Below, piece after piece: positions 1 through 13,300 of a stretch of 64,000 nt of DNA; position 1 is the stretch's first letter; every line of letters starts with the position of its first letter. The notes beneath the pieces are model-generated. The model worked only from the letters and a program-made list of their open reading frames with translations, had not been told where the DNA came from and did not search any database. The DNA is from Azolla caroliniana (taxonomy: Eukaryota > Plantae > Polypodiophyta). A program made the position numbers and the translations under genes. The stretch covers positions 15,376,001-15,440,000 of the forward strand of contig JBHGNT010000010.1 of NCBI GenBank assembly GCA_043228905.1, given 5' to 3'.

Positions 1-2305
1 GTCCTCTCCAAGGTATGTCGAATACACATACACAGGGAGGTTTTCATAGAATCTAAAAAACAATATCTTAGAGAAGTTTCAAATCGTGATTGCATGATTT
101 TTTATTCATTTCTAATTTTTCCTTATCACTTTCAGCTTTTCACCAGGCAGAATTCATGTGACATGCTCTCTTGTGTATGGGGTTAGTCCCACTGGAAGGT
201 TCCACAGAGGTGTCTGCTCCACATGGATGAAGGTGTGTATATATATATATATAACTTTTGTGTCAAGAAAAATTGTAATAGAGATCTCTTAGTTTGAGAG
301 TGTGGTTTCATTACTTCATAATATGTGGTTGTGAATGCTTGCTTACGTTGTATGGTGCTAGATTCGAAGCCTCATTGATTTGGTCTTATGGTTTCATTAC
401 TTTATGATGATGTGTTGCTTACATTACATTATTATGCCATTTCGAGTAAGTGTAGAATTCTCTTTGTTTTGTTTCATCACTTTAAAATTCTATGATGTGA
501 ATTCTTGCTTACATTTGTAGTACAGTGTTTTAGAAATCTTTTTACATTCGTCCTGTTCCATTATTTCATATGATTGTGTTGCTTACTTTATAGTATCACA
601 TTGTTAGGATTCTCTTTATTCTAGCCTTTTACTCTATAATATTGTGCTGTGAAATATTTCTTGCTTCATAATGTTGTGTTTTAGAATTTGTTCTTTTTCG
701 ATCATATGGTTTTCATATGCTTTATAATGTTGTGCTGTCAGAATCTTGCTTGTATTGTTTTAAAAGTCTGGTTGTATTGGTCTTGTTGTAGCATGACTTA
801 TTTTATAGATAGTATTGTGAATTCTTTCTATTCTTCTTCACTATATATGAAGTCTTTTAGTTTTTGTTTATTTGTGCTAGAATTCGCTACCATATTCAGA
901 GGTGAAAGAGAACTGTAGTTGGGCACCCATTTTTGTAAGACAATCAAACTTCAAGCTACCATCAGATCCTTCTACTCCTATCATTATGGTTGGTCCTGGT
1001 ACGGGTCTAGCCCCATTTAGGGGTTTTCTCCAGGTATTTAATCCCATTTCTTGTCCTAAAAAATGCAAAAAGGGCGTTTCGTCATGTTGTCTCATAGGTT
1101 TCTCTTTCGTTTCTTCATATTCTGTAATTGACGATTATATTTTTCTCTATGAAAAATTCAGGAAAGAGCCTTTCTCAAGGAGTGTGGTGAATCGTTGGGA
1201 CCTGCCCTACTCTTCTTTGGTTGCCGAAATCGGAAACTGGTAAAGTTTTAGCCTTGTTTTTTTGAAAGGGAAACCAAACCTGAGCTTCTTGTATACTCAT
1301 TTCAACTTATGCTAGTAAGTATTATGCAAGTTTTAGCCTAAGGGAATTTGTTGCTTGCACATTGTGTTGGTATGAACTCACACATAAATTATACTTATCT
1401 ACGTGATTAACCCCCTACCAAATCACTTTACGTGCTTCATTTCCAATTACGCATAGCATCAAAGGCATTCATATTTGAACTTTTTCAGGAAGTTTGTAAA
1501 TCATCCCTTATATGGGAGGGGCATTTTGATATTAATCCAAAGTTTTATACTTTTTATGTACATGATATTTAATACTAGGATTGTGACATTTGAGCTGTTC
1601 TCCTCAAATATGATCTGCACAGGACTACATCTATGAGGATGAACTCAATGAATTCCTGGCAAATGGAGTAATCTCTGGACTCTCAGTTGCATTTTCAAGA
1701 GAAGGTGCAACAAAAGAATATGTTCAGCATAAGATGATTCAACAGGTAAAAAGAACTTGTATTACCTAATCTTCATGTTATTAATCTTTTCAGCTCTTAC
1801 ATAATATTTGTGTTATTACCTAAACCCTCAACCCATCATTCATTCTTTAGAAATTGTTAATGCTATCAACAAAATTCATTATCCTAGGTGATATCTCAGT
1901 CTATGAATGATTTTACGTTGTATGAGATTATCTTTGACACTAAATGCATGATCTCAGGCTTCAACCATTTGGAAGCTATTGTCAAATGGAGGCTATTTAT
2001 ATGTGTGTGGAGATGCAAAGGCCATGGCTAGAGATGTGCATAGAACTCTCCACACCATCATACAAGAACAGGTAACTAACTGGAGAAGAATCCAAAAGAT
2101 TCCTTGGAATTAATTGCTGAAAATGAATACAGCACACAGAAAAACTTAATTCTTAATGAAGTACGAAATATGAATGATGTATTCATATATATGCTCCTTT
2201 GTGGGTATTTTATTCCTTATACAGGAATCAGTGAAAGGTCATGAGGCCGAAGCAATTGTAAAGCAAATGCAAACGGATGGGAGGTATCTTCGTGATGTGT
2301 GGTGA
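1..2305 (+). CDS. CPR: NADPH-cytochrome P450 reductase, 3' part (exons <1..12, 136..232, 881..1033, 1162..1239, 1623..1745, 1958..2071, 2225..2305)
   Basis: GT-AG bounded exons join in frame to [35 protein letters not shown] / ...[36 protein letters not shown] / ERAFL...[10 protein letters not shown] / DYIYEDEL...[16 protein letters not shown] / ...[18 protein letters not shown] / ...GRYLRDVW-stop. These are the FAD/NADPH-binding motifs and the C-terminal DVW of plant CPRs. Confidence 0.96.
300..770. repeat. Degenerate ~80-90 bp tandem repeat inside a CPR intron
   Basis: Recurring GTTTCATTACTT...TTGCTTAC(A/G)TT...TAGA(A)TT cores, about 5-6 diverged units. Confidence 0.45.
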
Positions 2306-4306
2306 ACCTTCATTGATTGGAGTTCCAAAACCTAGTGAGCAAGCATTTTATCAAGAGAGATTCATTGAATTCAATTCAATCCAATTCTATTCATCGTCTC
2401 AGAAAGCGAAGTAATCATATCTGACAAACAAGAGCAAAGCAATCATATCCAGCAGTTCTATTCATTCTTGTTTACGTTGTATGAGATTTATATTTGACAC
2501 TAAAGTACAAGAGAATTTGCACACTCCACTTTCCTTTATGGTTTATATCTGACAGACAAGAATCTCTATATACATCATAAAGCAATGTGGAAAATATGCT
2601 TTCGGATCAGAAGATGGTTGGGTAACTAAGTAACAGAAATACACCTTTCCTTCCTCAATTCATTGAACGCAATTTTCGTACTGTCTACTCATTTTGTCCA
2701 ATGTAGACTACAGATTTGTAAAGTTAGTTGTAAAATCATATTTGTCTTTACATTACTTGTTCCCTCAAGTTTTTATTCATTGATTTGTTGAAAACAAATT
2801 CCCTCAACTTTTATTCAGTTTGCCAGATGATATGACAGATTTGTAAAGATGGTTGTAATGTTAACTTTCTTAATTTGTTTCCACTTTGGAAATACCAATA
2901 TATATATCAGAATTCAATTTCTTGAACATGGTTACAAGAGAGCATATATTTGTAATCATATGCTTGAAAAGCTTACTATGCTATGAATTTCCCTTGGTAC
3001 GAATATTGTTTGTGTAGGCTGTAATGAGTTCATAGAAGAGGAAGTGGTGTTTCATCAAATTACTGTGGTGGTTTTTATACAAATAGAGCCATGTCATTAA
3101 CATCTTTCATAAGTGTTTATGCTATTAATGTTGCATGCCAGCCATCAAAAGGGAGGTGTAATAACAAAGGCATGGAACATATATGGCCCTTCACAGTTGC
3201 AACTATAGGATGCAGAAGAAGACTCAATGACATTGGGGGACCATTTGCCTAAGAGGACACACTAATATAAGAGGGAATGCTGACTCTACAAGACACACAA
3301 GATACCATGATATACATATTTGTCCGGTTATTAGTCAGATTACTGATACAGTGAACACCAAATTGGTGCTTTCACACATTTTAGACTTGGATTAATAGAG
3401 GCATCCTATTGTGGAAAACAATTGTGCTTATGTACTTCATGAGAGGAGAGATTCCTATGAGGATCATAGCAAGGACTTCACTAGGCTGGTTTCCATCTTA
3501 TTCTGTATTGACGAACTTTACAGCTTTGGCTGACAGATTATTCACTCCACTCAACCTCATTCTTACTTTGTATCATCCACTTCTGTTCACAAATGTGAAA
3601 GTGACCCTACACTTCCATTCATGTTGATTTCACTGTTCTAATTCCTATGTTGCTAACATTCTCTGCTTCACCATAGTGGAATCTCCATACTCTCTTTCTT
3701 CACTTGAATAGCATCATCAAGGAACTGTGAACCTTTATGACACATGATTGCATATCCCAATTATTGCTTGGCTAAGCTTTTAAGTCAGCCTTTCCGAGAG
3801 CGCAAGCGTGAAGCATTGCCATCATCAATGTATGTCTTCCTTGCTTACTCTTTAGATTGTTATAAAGATAAATCTAGTCATCACATTAGACCCTACATAT
3901 TGCGCAACTGAATAGTATCCTTCTGTAAGTTAAAGCTGTGATTTTTTGTATTTATATGTTGTGTACTGGCCCAAAAGCTTACTGTGCCAGACCTTCCTAT
4001 TCCATGTAAAAAATTAACTTTGATGGCAGAAAGTATAAATGCCAAATTACTGCTTAAATTGATCAAACAAAAACAAAAAAGATTCTAGACCTTCAATTAC
4101 ACATGGGATATAGGCCTAGACTGCTACTTTTTGGAGGACGAAAACTCGACTCTCAGACTTATATTTGAACCATGGATCTCAATAATGATTCCTCTGTACA
4201 AACACATGAGAAAATGAAACGAAAGATAACAAAGCATTAACATAGTCTGGGCTAAGTGCCAGATGAGCATATTTATCTTGTATAGATGCCAGATATATAA
4301 TATAGA

Positions 4307-7300
4307 TTAGAGTAGATCATCCGATGAGTTCTCCTTCTCTCTACATCTGATCTCAGTTGATGAAATATCAACTCGAAAAGCTTCGGCTGGTAATGTCTTG
4401 AACAATCCCTTCAATTCAGTTGGTATATTCAAATCCGAAAGGACCTGAATAAACATAGCATTTAAGATATCCACGCTTCGAAATGATACATGGTTTTATT
4501 AGGGAAATCTAATGATATACCCCTAATTTTCCACATAATTCCCAACATGGGCCAAGTATATTCAAATACCTACCATAAATGTTTCACCAATTTTGCGTCC
4601 GGCCACAAGGAAGTCACATCCCAGATGCTGTATGCCATGGAGAACCTCTAACATTCTGGAAAAGCTTCCCCCATAATATTTAGGCTGCAATCACAAGCAT
4701 TAAAACAACCACTTCTTACAACATTATTATCAAATCATGTTGTATTAAAGAATTGGTACAGCAGAATCAAATTTGGGGCAAAAAAGGTAGTAATGTGTTG
4801 ACTGTACAAAACTATAGGATATAATTGCACAAGCATATAGGTCTATTATTGCTATAATTTTAGATAATCCCATGCATATTCAGAAGGAGAAATCCAATAT
4901 CTCAACTGTGATATTTTGTGAAACAAGCTTAGATAGACCAGCCATAAAACATCTGAATATGCATTGGTTGTTTCATTCAAATATGTCCAATGAATATTAT
5001 AATTGTAAAATATGGTGCTCTTAACTATTCTACAAGACCAGCTGGCTATACTATGCCAACAATTAAATTAGTGTACTATCTTCGTTTGTAAGATGCAGAT
5101 TGATCATTTGCATAAATTTTGTGAGAAAAGCTGTTAATAGCAGCAGCGGAAGAGTTAGAACAAAATAGACACAGCCAAGCTGTGAGAAGGCTGTTAGACA
5201 GTAGTAGAAAAAATGGTTGCAAAGGGTAAAGACACAGCCAAAGAGTTGTGCTTGTTTCTAAGTAGCAGCAGAAAATAATCTTATTACAAAAGAGGCTGGT
5301 ATAAGCCTATTTATACAAAATTGGGAATGGTTGTTTGGTAGTTAAGAGACTCTTGTACTACCAAACAGGTACAATAAACTAGGAATAAAAAGGGAATATC
5401 TTGGAAAAAGAGGAAGAGACAAAAGGCATTTAAAGCATTGCAGATTCCAGAGAGAGAAGACATTTAAAGAGTTGTAGATTCTAAAGAGAGAAGAATCTGG
5501 GAAGAGAGAATGTAGTACAGAGATAATAAAGTTGAAAGAGAGTGCAAGTCTGGAGCTGCCACCCTCCAACACCTCCTCTCAGCTCCAGAATGGCCATCAA
5601 ACATTGAGTCGACCGAGGAGCTGATTAATGGCATGCCTTGAAGGTGGGGAAAAAAAAAACATAGAGATTGTTGTCAGTATAACAGTTCTGAAACCCAAGA
5701 GAGAGAAAAAAGGTGTCAATTTTGTCATGCCAAGCTTTGGGAACTTGCTTTAAGCCATACAAGGCTTTGTGGAACTTGTAGACCATGTTTTTTTGCTCTG
5801 AAATCTCAAAACCTAGAGGCTGTTCAACATCAACCTCCTCTTTTAAGTCACAATTAAGGCAGGCTGATTTGAGATTCATTTGAAAGATGGTCCATTTGTT
5901 GTGAGCAGCAAGTGCAAGCGCACATCGGATAGAGGTGTACCTTGCTGTTGGAGCAAAAGTTTCCTCGTAATCCACTCCTTCGACTTGTGAGTAGCCTTTT
6001 GCCACTAAACGTGCCTTGTGATTATCCAAAGTACCATCAACATGGTATTTGGTCTTGAAAATCCATTTCAATCCAATGACTTGTCGATGTAGAGGCCGTG
6101 GGACTAGCTCCCATGTATGATTCCGCTCAATAGAATCAAGTTCAACTTCCATTGCTGCTTGACACTTTGGAAGAACAAGGGCCTCTTTTGCTGTTGTGGG
6201 TTCTTTTGATTGCACAACAGTGCACAATAAGGCAAAGTTGCATGAGTGAGGAGGCTGTTGTGACTTACGTGTTCAAGAACCACATGTATACTCATGAAGT
6301 TCAGCATCGGAGAGATGAGAATCACGAATGGTGGCTTGAAGCCACTTGGGAAGTGGTGGAAGTTGGTTTGTAGAGGGAGGGGAAACAAGTGGAGTTGAGG
6401 GAGAGGATTGAATTGTTGGAGAAGTTAGAGATTGAGTAGGAGGAGATGGGGGGCTTGAAGATGAGACATCTTCGTCTAAAATAGGAGATTCCGAAGGAGC
6501 TGGGATTTCAACCATGAACTCAGGTGAAATCCTAGAATCATCCAACTGAGACTCCACAAAATGAACATCCCTAGAGATGACTAGGGACTTTGACTCTAAA
6601 TCCCATAACCTGTACGCTTTAGATTGTGTGTTGTAACCAAGAAATTTGCATTTCTTGGTTTTGGACTCAAATTTCGTCCTTTTATGATCTGAAATGTGAA
6701 CATAAGCATCACAACCAAAGACTTTAAAATGAGATACTGAGGGCTTTACACATGTAAATGCTTCTGCAGGCGTCATTCCAGCAATTGTTGTTGTTGGGCA
6801 GCAGTTGATGATGTAGACTGCTGTGTTGACAGCTTCACCCCAAAACGAGAGAGGAAGATCAGATTGAGATAGCATTGTATGAGCCATCTCTTGAACTATC
6901 CGGTTCTTTCGTTCCACGAATCCATTTTGTTGAGGAGTATTAGGTGTAGAAAATTGGCGAGCAATGCCTCGTTGAGAGCAGAAATGGTGGAAAGCTTGGG
7001 AGATAAACTCTCCACCATTGTCTGACCTAATCTTTCGAACCCATTCTTGAAATTTTGTGAAGGCTTGCGATTTTTCTACAAGAAAATAAACCCAAACCTT
7101 GCAGGAGAAATCATCAATGATGAGCATGAAGTAGCGTGCTCCACCAAGAGTAGTGGTTTGCATGGGACCACAAAGATCCATGTGCACTAACTCCAAGATA
7201 GATGTTGCACGGTGAGTGGTTTCATAAGGGAAAGGCTCTTGATGTTGCTTGCCATGAAGACAAGCAACACATGGGGTATTGGGAGTTTTGAAAATAGGAA

Positions 7301-10300
7301 GACCCTCAACTAGTTGGGAAGAGGAGAGCTTTTGAAGAGAATCATAGTTGAGATGACCAAACCTAGCATGCCACAACTTGGGATCTTCTTGTGCCACCAA
7401 TGCATGAGAGCCTTGAAAAAGATTGACGAAGATGAGATTTGGACTTTTCCAAGGGGCTAAGGGAACTTTTCAGACGGTATAAACCTCCTTCTTGTGTGCC
7501 ACTAGCTACAATTTGTAGGTTGTTGGTGTCAATGACTTCCAAAACTGAGCTATCAAAGTAGACTCCATAACCTTGCTTAGTGATTTGGTAGACTGAAAGT
7601 AGGTTGGCAGAGATGCGAGGCACATGTAGCACATCTTGAAGAATGACAGGTTCTTCATTTGAAGAATTTTTAAGAAACACATTACCCACACATGAAGCCT
7701 CAATGCTTGAGGCATCTCCAATGGAGATTTGGGAGGAGCTAGGTTTCACATCATGCAAAATGGATTTGTCATAGGTCATGTGTGAAGTAGCACCATTATC
7801 TACTAACCACTCATCAATGGTTGAGGTAGTTGGTCCAGCCAAATGTGAAGTTTGTTCCTCAATGCCAAGGAAGACTGTTTCTTTGGCTGAGTGGGCCGAG
7901 TTGGATTTTGGTGTAGGTTGATTTTTGGTAGAAGAAGAGTTCTTAGCATTGTCCCTTTTCTTTTTCCGACAATCCGGCTGAATGTGACCTTTGTAGCCAC
8001 AATAATGACAAGTGAGCTCCTTGTAAGCTGGGTTGTTTGGCGGTCTTGGATTGGGTTTATTGTAGGAGTTACCATTTTGCTTCCACTTGCCTTTACTTGT
8101 CGCATGTAGAAGCGTCTCATTGGAAGTTTGAGCACTTTTCTTCCTTGTTGCCCTATCTTGTAGCATACCAAGAAATGTATTCATATCAGGTGTGTTGGGA
8201 AAAGAGAAATTGTGTCACTAAATGTTGAGAATGACTCAGGCAACTTTATCATTAGACGATGCACAAACTCAACTTCAGTTGACTTGCTTCCCAAAGAAAC
8301 TAGTTCCTTTTGGAGAGTAACAAATAGCGTTATTTGATCCATGATGTTGGGAGTGTCATGAATCTTGAGATTAGCTAGTTGGTTCTCAATAGCTATCATT
8401 TGAGCATGATTAGCTCGATGGTACCTCTTTTTGATGGATGTCCATAGTTCATTGGCTGTCTCTTCATCTGTATCTTGAAATTGACGAGCGATGCTCGGTT
8501 TAATATTAAACATGAGGAAAGCATGGGCACAAGAATCCTTATCTAGCCACGCTTCAATCTCAGCGTTAGATAAGCCAGCAACTGATTTGGTTGAAGAGGA
8601 TGAAGTTACTGGTGGTTTCTTGTCACTACCATTGACTACATTCCATAAACGATGGTATTGTAGCAAGGTCTTTATTTGTAGCTCCCAATCCAAGTAATTG
8701 TTCCCATCCAAGATGGACTCTTTGGGGAGTTGGGGAATGGTTGATGAAACAATCGTGGCATGTGAGGCCATGGATATCCTCCTCTTGAGCTACAACTGGA
8801 CAATTTACAGCAGTTGTAAGTAGATGCTCAGGGTCTTTCTACTTCTCCCAAGATGCTAGGTGAGGCTCAGATGAGGGGAAAAGAAAAAAAAAGAACCTCT
8901 TCTGTAGGTTGGGAGGGAGGGATAAAAGAAGAGAGTTATGTGTGCTCTTTGGCAAAAATAATCAGGCTGAGGATATGGAGACCTCACTGCTCTGATACCA
9001 TGTGAGAAAAGCTGTTAATAGCAGCAGCGGAAGAGTTAGAACAAAATAGACACAGCCAAGCTGTGAGAAGGCTGTTAGACAGTAGTAGAAAAAATGGTTG
9101 CAAAGGGTAGAGACACAACCAAAGAGTTATGCTAGTTTCTAAGTAGCAGCAGAAAATAATCTTATTACAAAAGAGGCTGGTATAAGCCTATTTATACAAA
9201 ATTGGGAATGGTTGTTTGGTAGTTAAGAGACTCTTGTACTACCAAACAGGTACAATAAACTAGGAATAAAAAGGGAATATCTTGGAAAAAGTGGAAGAGA
9301 CAAAAGGCATTTAAAGCATTGCAGATTCTAGAGAGAGAAGGCATTTAAAGAGTTGCAGATTCTAGAGAGAGAAGAATCTGGGAAGAGAGAATGTAGTACA
9401 GAGATAATAAAGTTGAAAGAGAGTGCAGGTCTGGAGTTGCCACCCTCCAACAAATTTATTAGACAAACCACGTATGGATGCATCTATAAAATGATGTCTT
9501 GCATCTGTAACACGATCTCAATTCTTAAATGGTTACCTTAAAATAATTTCGTAGGTAAGGACACTGAAATATCTATGTTTGTCCTTAATCTCCAAATGGC
9601 CCCACATTTTTATTAGTTCCCCAAACACCTTTGGTCAAATAGCATATATAGAATACAATGGAATGGATAGAATCGATATTTTATCGTCCATGATGAGGCC
9701 AAATTTGACTTACGGGACCAAATGAACACATCATCTTGTATATGTCTTGTATAAGGAAGGGGGGTTACTACTCCGTAGTAAAAACTCTTGATGTGAAAAT
9801 AATGCACGCACATGTGCTCATCATCCTTTTCAATGGTAATTTGAGAATAACACTCACATTATCATGCCTGACTAACAAGTCATCATATTTCTCGTGAATT
9901 ACCCTGTGCGCTAAGCATGTGATAAGTGATTCATCCTCCAATAGGTTTTCAATGCATACCTTGCATATCTTCATATTTGGGTGACAATGCCATGATGCTA
10001 TCTCAACACCTAACTTGTGCGAGCGAGTTCAAAGAAGTGTTAAGGCTCTCCAAGCACCAAGGCTCATGGGGGTGGTGAGATGCGATTGGATATGTTCTAG
10101 CCTTTTTTTCCTTGTATTCAGGCCAGCATTGGTTGCTAATATTTGCAATATAATATTCCAAATTTGACATTTTATCATCTTGCCACCTCATCCTTTACCT
10201 CTAGTAATATATCCTCAACGATCATATACTTCATAGTATCACCAAAGAGCTCTAACAAGTCTTTTATTCCCCATCTCTTGAACCATTTCCTAATTTCAAG

Positions 10301-13300
10301 CACCCAGCCACATGAGAGGATTTTGGTTTTATTAGTTTTTTGTACCTTGCATCCATTCCACGCTTGTTTGAGCAGCCTATGATCAAGCATATTCTTGACT
10401 TTTGTGATATACTTATATACTCTTTGTGGTAGAGCACTTGTTTCTAATAGCATAAAAAGATAGGACGTTAAGATTTTGCTAACACTTGTCTATGTAAGAA
10501 TTAAGAATATGTTTTGGATTTTCTTTATTTCCCTCCATGCACTAAGTGAACTAGTGACACCCATACTTCCATTCCATAAAGCAAAACTTAGGGCTTAGGG
10601 TACCCTACACCAGAGCATTGGATAGCATCAACCTCACATCCCATCCTCTAGTATCACTTTGGTGGTATTTAGCAATGGGCCCGGTTTCAGCTCAAACCGA
10701 ACCAAACCGAAAAACCATGGCTTAATGGTTTATAGGTTCAAAGATAAATAAACAATTTGGTTTGGTTTCAAATGTTACTAATCGGTTTCAGTTCGATTTT
10801 GAATTTACCGGTTTATCGGTTTATTGGCTTATCGGTTTCTATTTATGTGGTTCAGTTTAAAGGTTTATAGGTTTATAGGTTAAAAAATACTCAAAAATAT
10901 TCTCTATAGGCTCTAACTTTCAACTTCTAATTTTAAACTCTTGTTTCAACTTATTAAAATTTATATGTATTATATGTAGAGTCTCCTTTTCATTTATGAT
11001 GATCAATTATGATAAGTACAATGATCAAATTTATGATAAGTATAATGATCAAATTTGTGATCAATATAATGACCAAATTTATGATAAGTATGATGACAAA
11101 TTTTATGATAAGTATGATGACAAATTTTATGATAAGTATGATGACAAAATTTATGATGAGTATTGATGAATAAATTTATGATGATTTTCTCACACAAATT
11201 TATAATAAATATGATGATTAATATCAATAAAAAATGGTTTGGTTTGGTTTTAAATTTTTCGTAAACAGTTTGGTTTCTCCTATTCTTTTAACGGTTTGGT
11301 TTAAATGGCTTCACAAATTTTATGATAAGTATAATGACAAAATTTATGATGAGTATGATGAATAAATTTATGATGATTTTCTCACACAAATTTATAATTA
11401 GTATGATGATTAATATCAATAAAAAATGGTTTGGTTTGGTTTTAAAAATTTTGTAAACGGTTTGGTTTCTCCTATTCTTTAAACAGTTTGGTTTAAATGG
11501 CTTCATAAATTTTAAAACAGTTTGGTTCGGTTTTTATTATTAATAAATGGTTTGGTTTCAAGGCCAAGAAACGGAACCGGGCCCATTGCTAGTGGTATTG
11601 TATTTGAAACATATAATAACTATTCCAACCTGCTTGAAGTCTAGACTCATAGCATACATACATTCCCTATTTCTTGATGGGACATTAACACCAAAATATT
11701 TGAAGCTTTGCACCACTTGTATTGGTTCTCCCTTGTATGTCGAAGTGGGGTGGTGTCTTGGTTGTATTGCCTTCATTGCAATAATTTTTGTTTTCTCCAC
11801 CTTACCCATTAGTCCACTAATTTGACAAAATGTATCCAATGCTGCATATCATCCAAATTATATGAGAATAAAACAAACACGATCAGCATATAAGAGTATA
11901 AAAATAAGCTCATGCATGAGTTTTGGACTATCCAAATCTTTTGCAGCCTTGTTTACTATTTTTGTAAACTTTAGTGATGCATAGACCAAAGAGTGGGAGA
12001 GAGTGGGCACCCATGCTTGAACCCGATGTTGCTCAAAAAGTACTATGAGAGCCCACTATCCTTTTTCAGTTAGCACCTAACTTCCGAACTTGCTCATACA
12101 ATCGTCCTGCAGCTGCTCTATACCCTAATGGCATTCCAATCTCTATCACTGTTTTCCAAATCTCAATCCTTGCTAGAGTGCTAAAGCCTTTTTGAAGTCC
12201 ACACAACAAATTAGGTTTCCCAAATTGCTCAAATAGCAAGTATAATTCCTCTTTTGCAAGTTCCAGTGACATTGTGGAAGGAATGAGAACCCAAGGGCAG
12301 TTGAGGAAACTGGGCAAATAAAGAAAAAGAATAGGGTATTGGGGAGTTTTTTCTTGATTCCTTTTATTCTGCTACTTATGTTCATTATGTTTCATCCATA
12401 TCATCACAAGAAACTTTCATGTTTTGTCCACAACGCATCATGGTTCCTATAGTAAGCCCATATAAACAGTTTCTTCCACAAACATATCTATTATATATGT
12501 GTGTAATAACTTAATAAAACGGACATGTATATACACATACTAACTTGAAATGGAAGTGCAACTCAAAACTTACATCCACAAGTCTTATAGCTGTGTCTGC
12601 ACCAATTACAAATGTACTATTTGGGAATAATTCTGCTTTCTTGAAGAAATAAGGCTGATTAGTAAAGACCACAGTTCTACCTGTCATGTAAATGGAGAAC
12701 AAAACCTTATGTCAGTTTGGTGCTTCATAAATCCAGAAAAAGAAATTTTGGAAATGACATTTTTTCAGAATAATATTTAGCTTTCTGTGTCTTCTATTTT
12801 TTTTAATCAAATGAAACTCATGGAATATACTGACCCATGATTAATGGATTTTAATGACAGGAACTGTTTCATAGAAACAGTTGTTTTATTACAGCAATAT
12901 AATCCACACTCCCAAAAGTGTGTTTTAATCATGATACACGTTGGGCTTCATGATTCAAAATTTATAGACTATGGATTGAAGCCCCACTTGATGTATTTTA
13001 GGTATGATGCATTATGTGCAGCTTATCACTCATGACCCTTTTCTGCAAAGATACAGATTTTGTATCTCTTAAAACACATCAAGAATGATAATGATTTCCT
13101 TAAAAGCAGGAACCTACTTCTGTGGAAAAATGTAGGAAATGATTCAAAGATATTCAAAATGTTTTGCATAAAATAGACATGCAGGATACATGGAAAATAT
13201 ACCTTCTTTCTCAAACTGGCTAAGTCGAGATTTAATCTGTTCAATTGAGAGATCTGGCTTGTCAGCATTTTTTACTGATATTTCAAATATAGGAGCCCCT

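Larger units (their letters stand above)
5120..9452 (-). mobile_element. Ty1/Copia LTR retrotransposon, internally deleted, inside intron 10 of the nucleotidylyltransferase gene
   Basis: Two 452-bp LTRs with TG..CA ends; 5-bp TSD AATTT (5115-5119, 9453-9457); PBS TGGTATCAGAGC (tRNA-iMet type) at 8989-9000; PPT next to 5572. ORFs give gag (8181-8771), CCHC knuckle and protease WLVDNGATSHM (7363-8184), integrase LWHARFGH/HMDLCGP/SDNGGEF (6273-7400) and an RT N-terminus (5625-6227). Confidence 0.97.
9690..12450 (-). mobile_element. Degenerate non-LTR retrotransposon (RTE-X/RTE-like) ORF2 fragment, interrupted by a hAT element
   Basis: Frameshifted RT motifs (..KAFSTL.., GCPLSP-like sequence near 12000, YAD, KTKII..PIQVVQSFKYFGV at 11558-11839) and C-terminal RTRSHKLGVE / KICKVC..ED motifs near 9900-10030. 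Boundaries are approximate. Confidence 0.75.

Noticed and set aside
3000-3900. Possible gene fragment between the convergent CPR and nucleotidylyltransferase ends
   Set aside because: No sustained ORF, splice pattern or motif could be supported.
8181-8190. Programmed gag-pol frameshift in the Copia
   Set aside because: The break falls inside gag before the zinc knuckle and other disabling frameshifts exist, so mutation is more likely.
11003-11506. His-rich/Ile-rich ORFs (HHTYHKIC repeats)
   Set aside because: Translation artefacts of the 24-bp minisatellite inside a hAT element.
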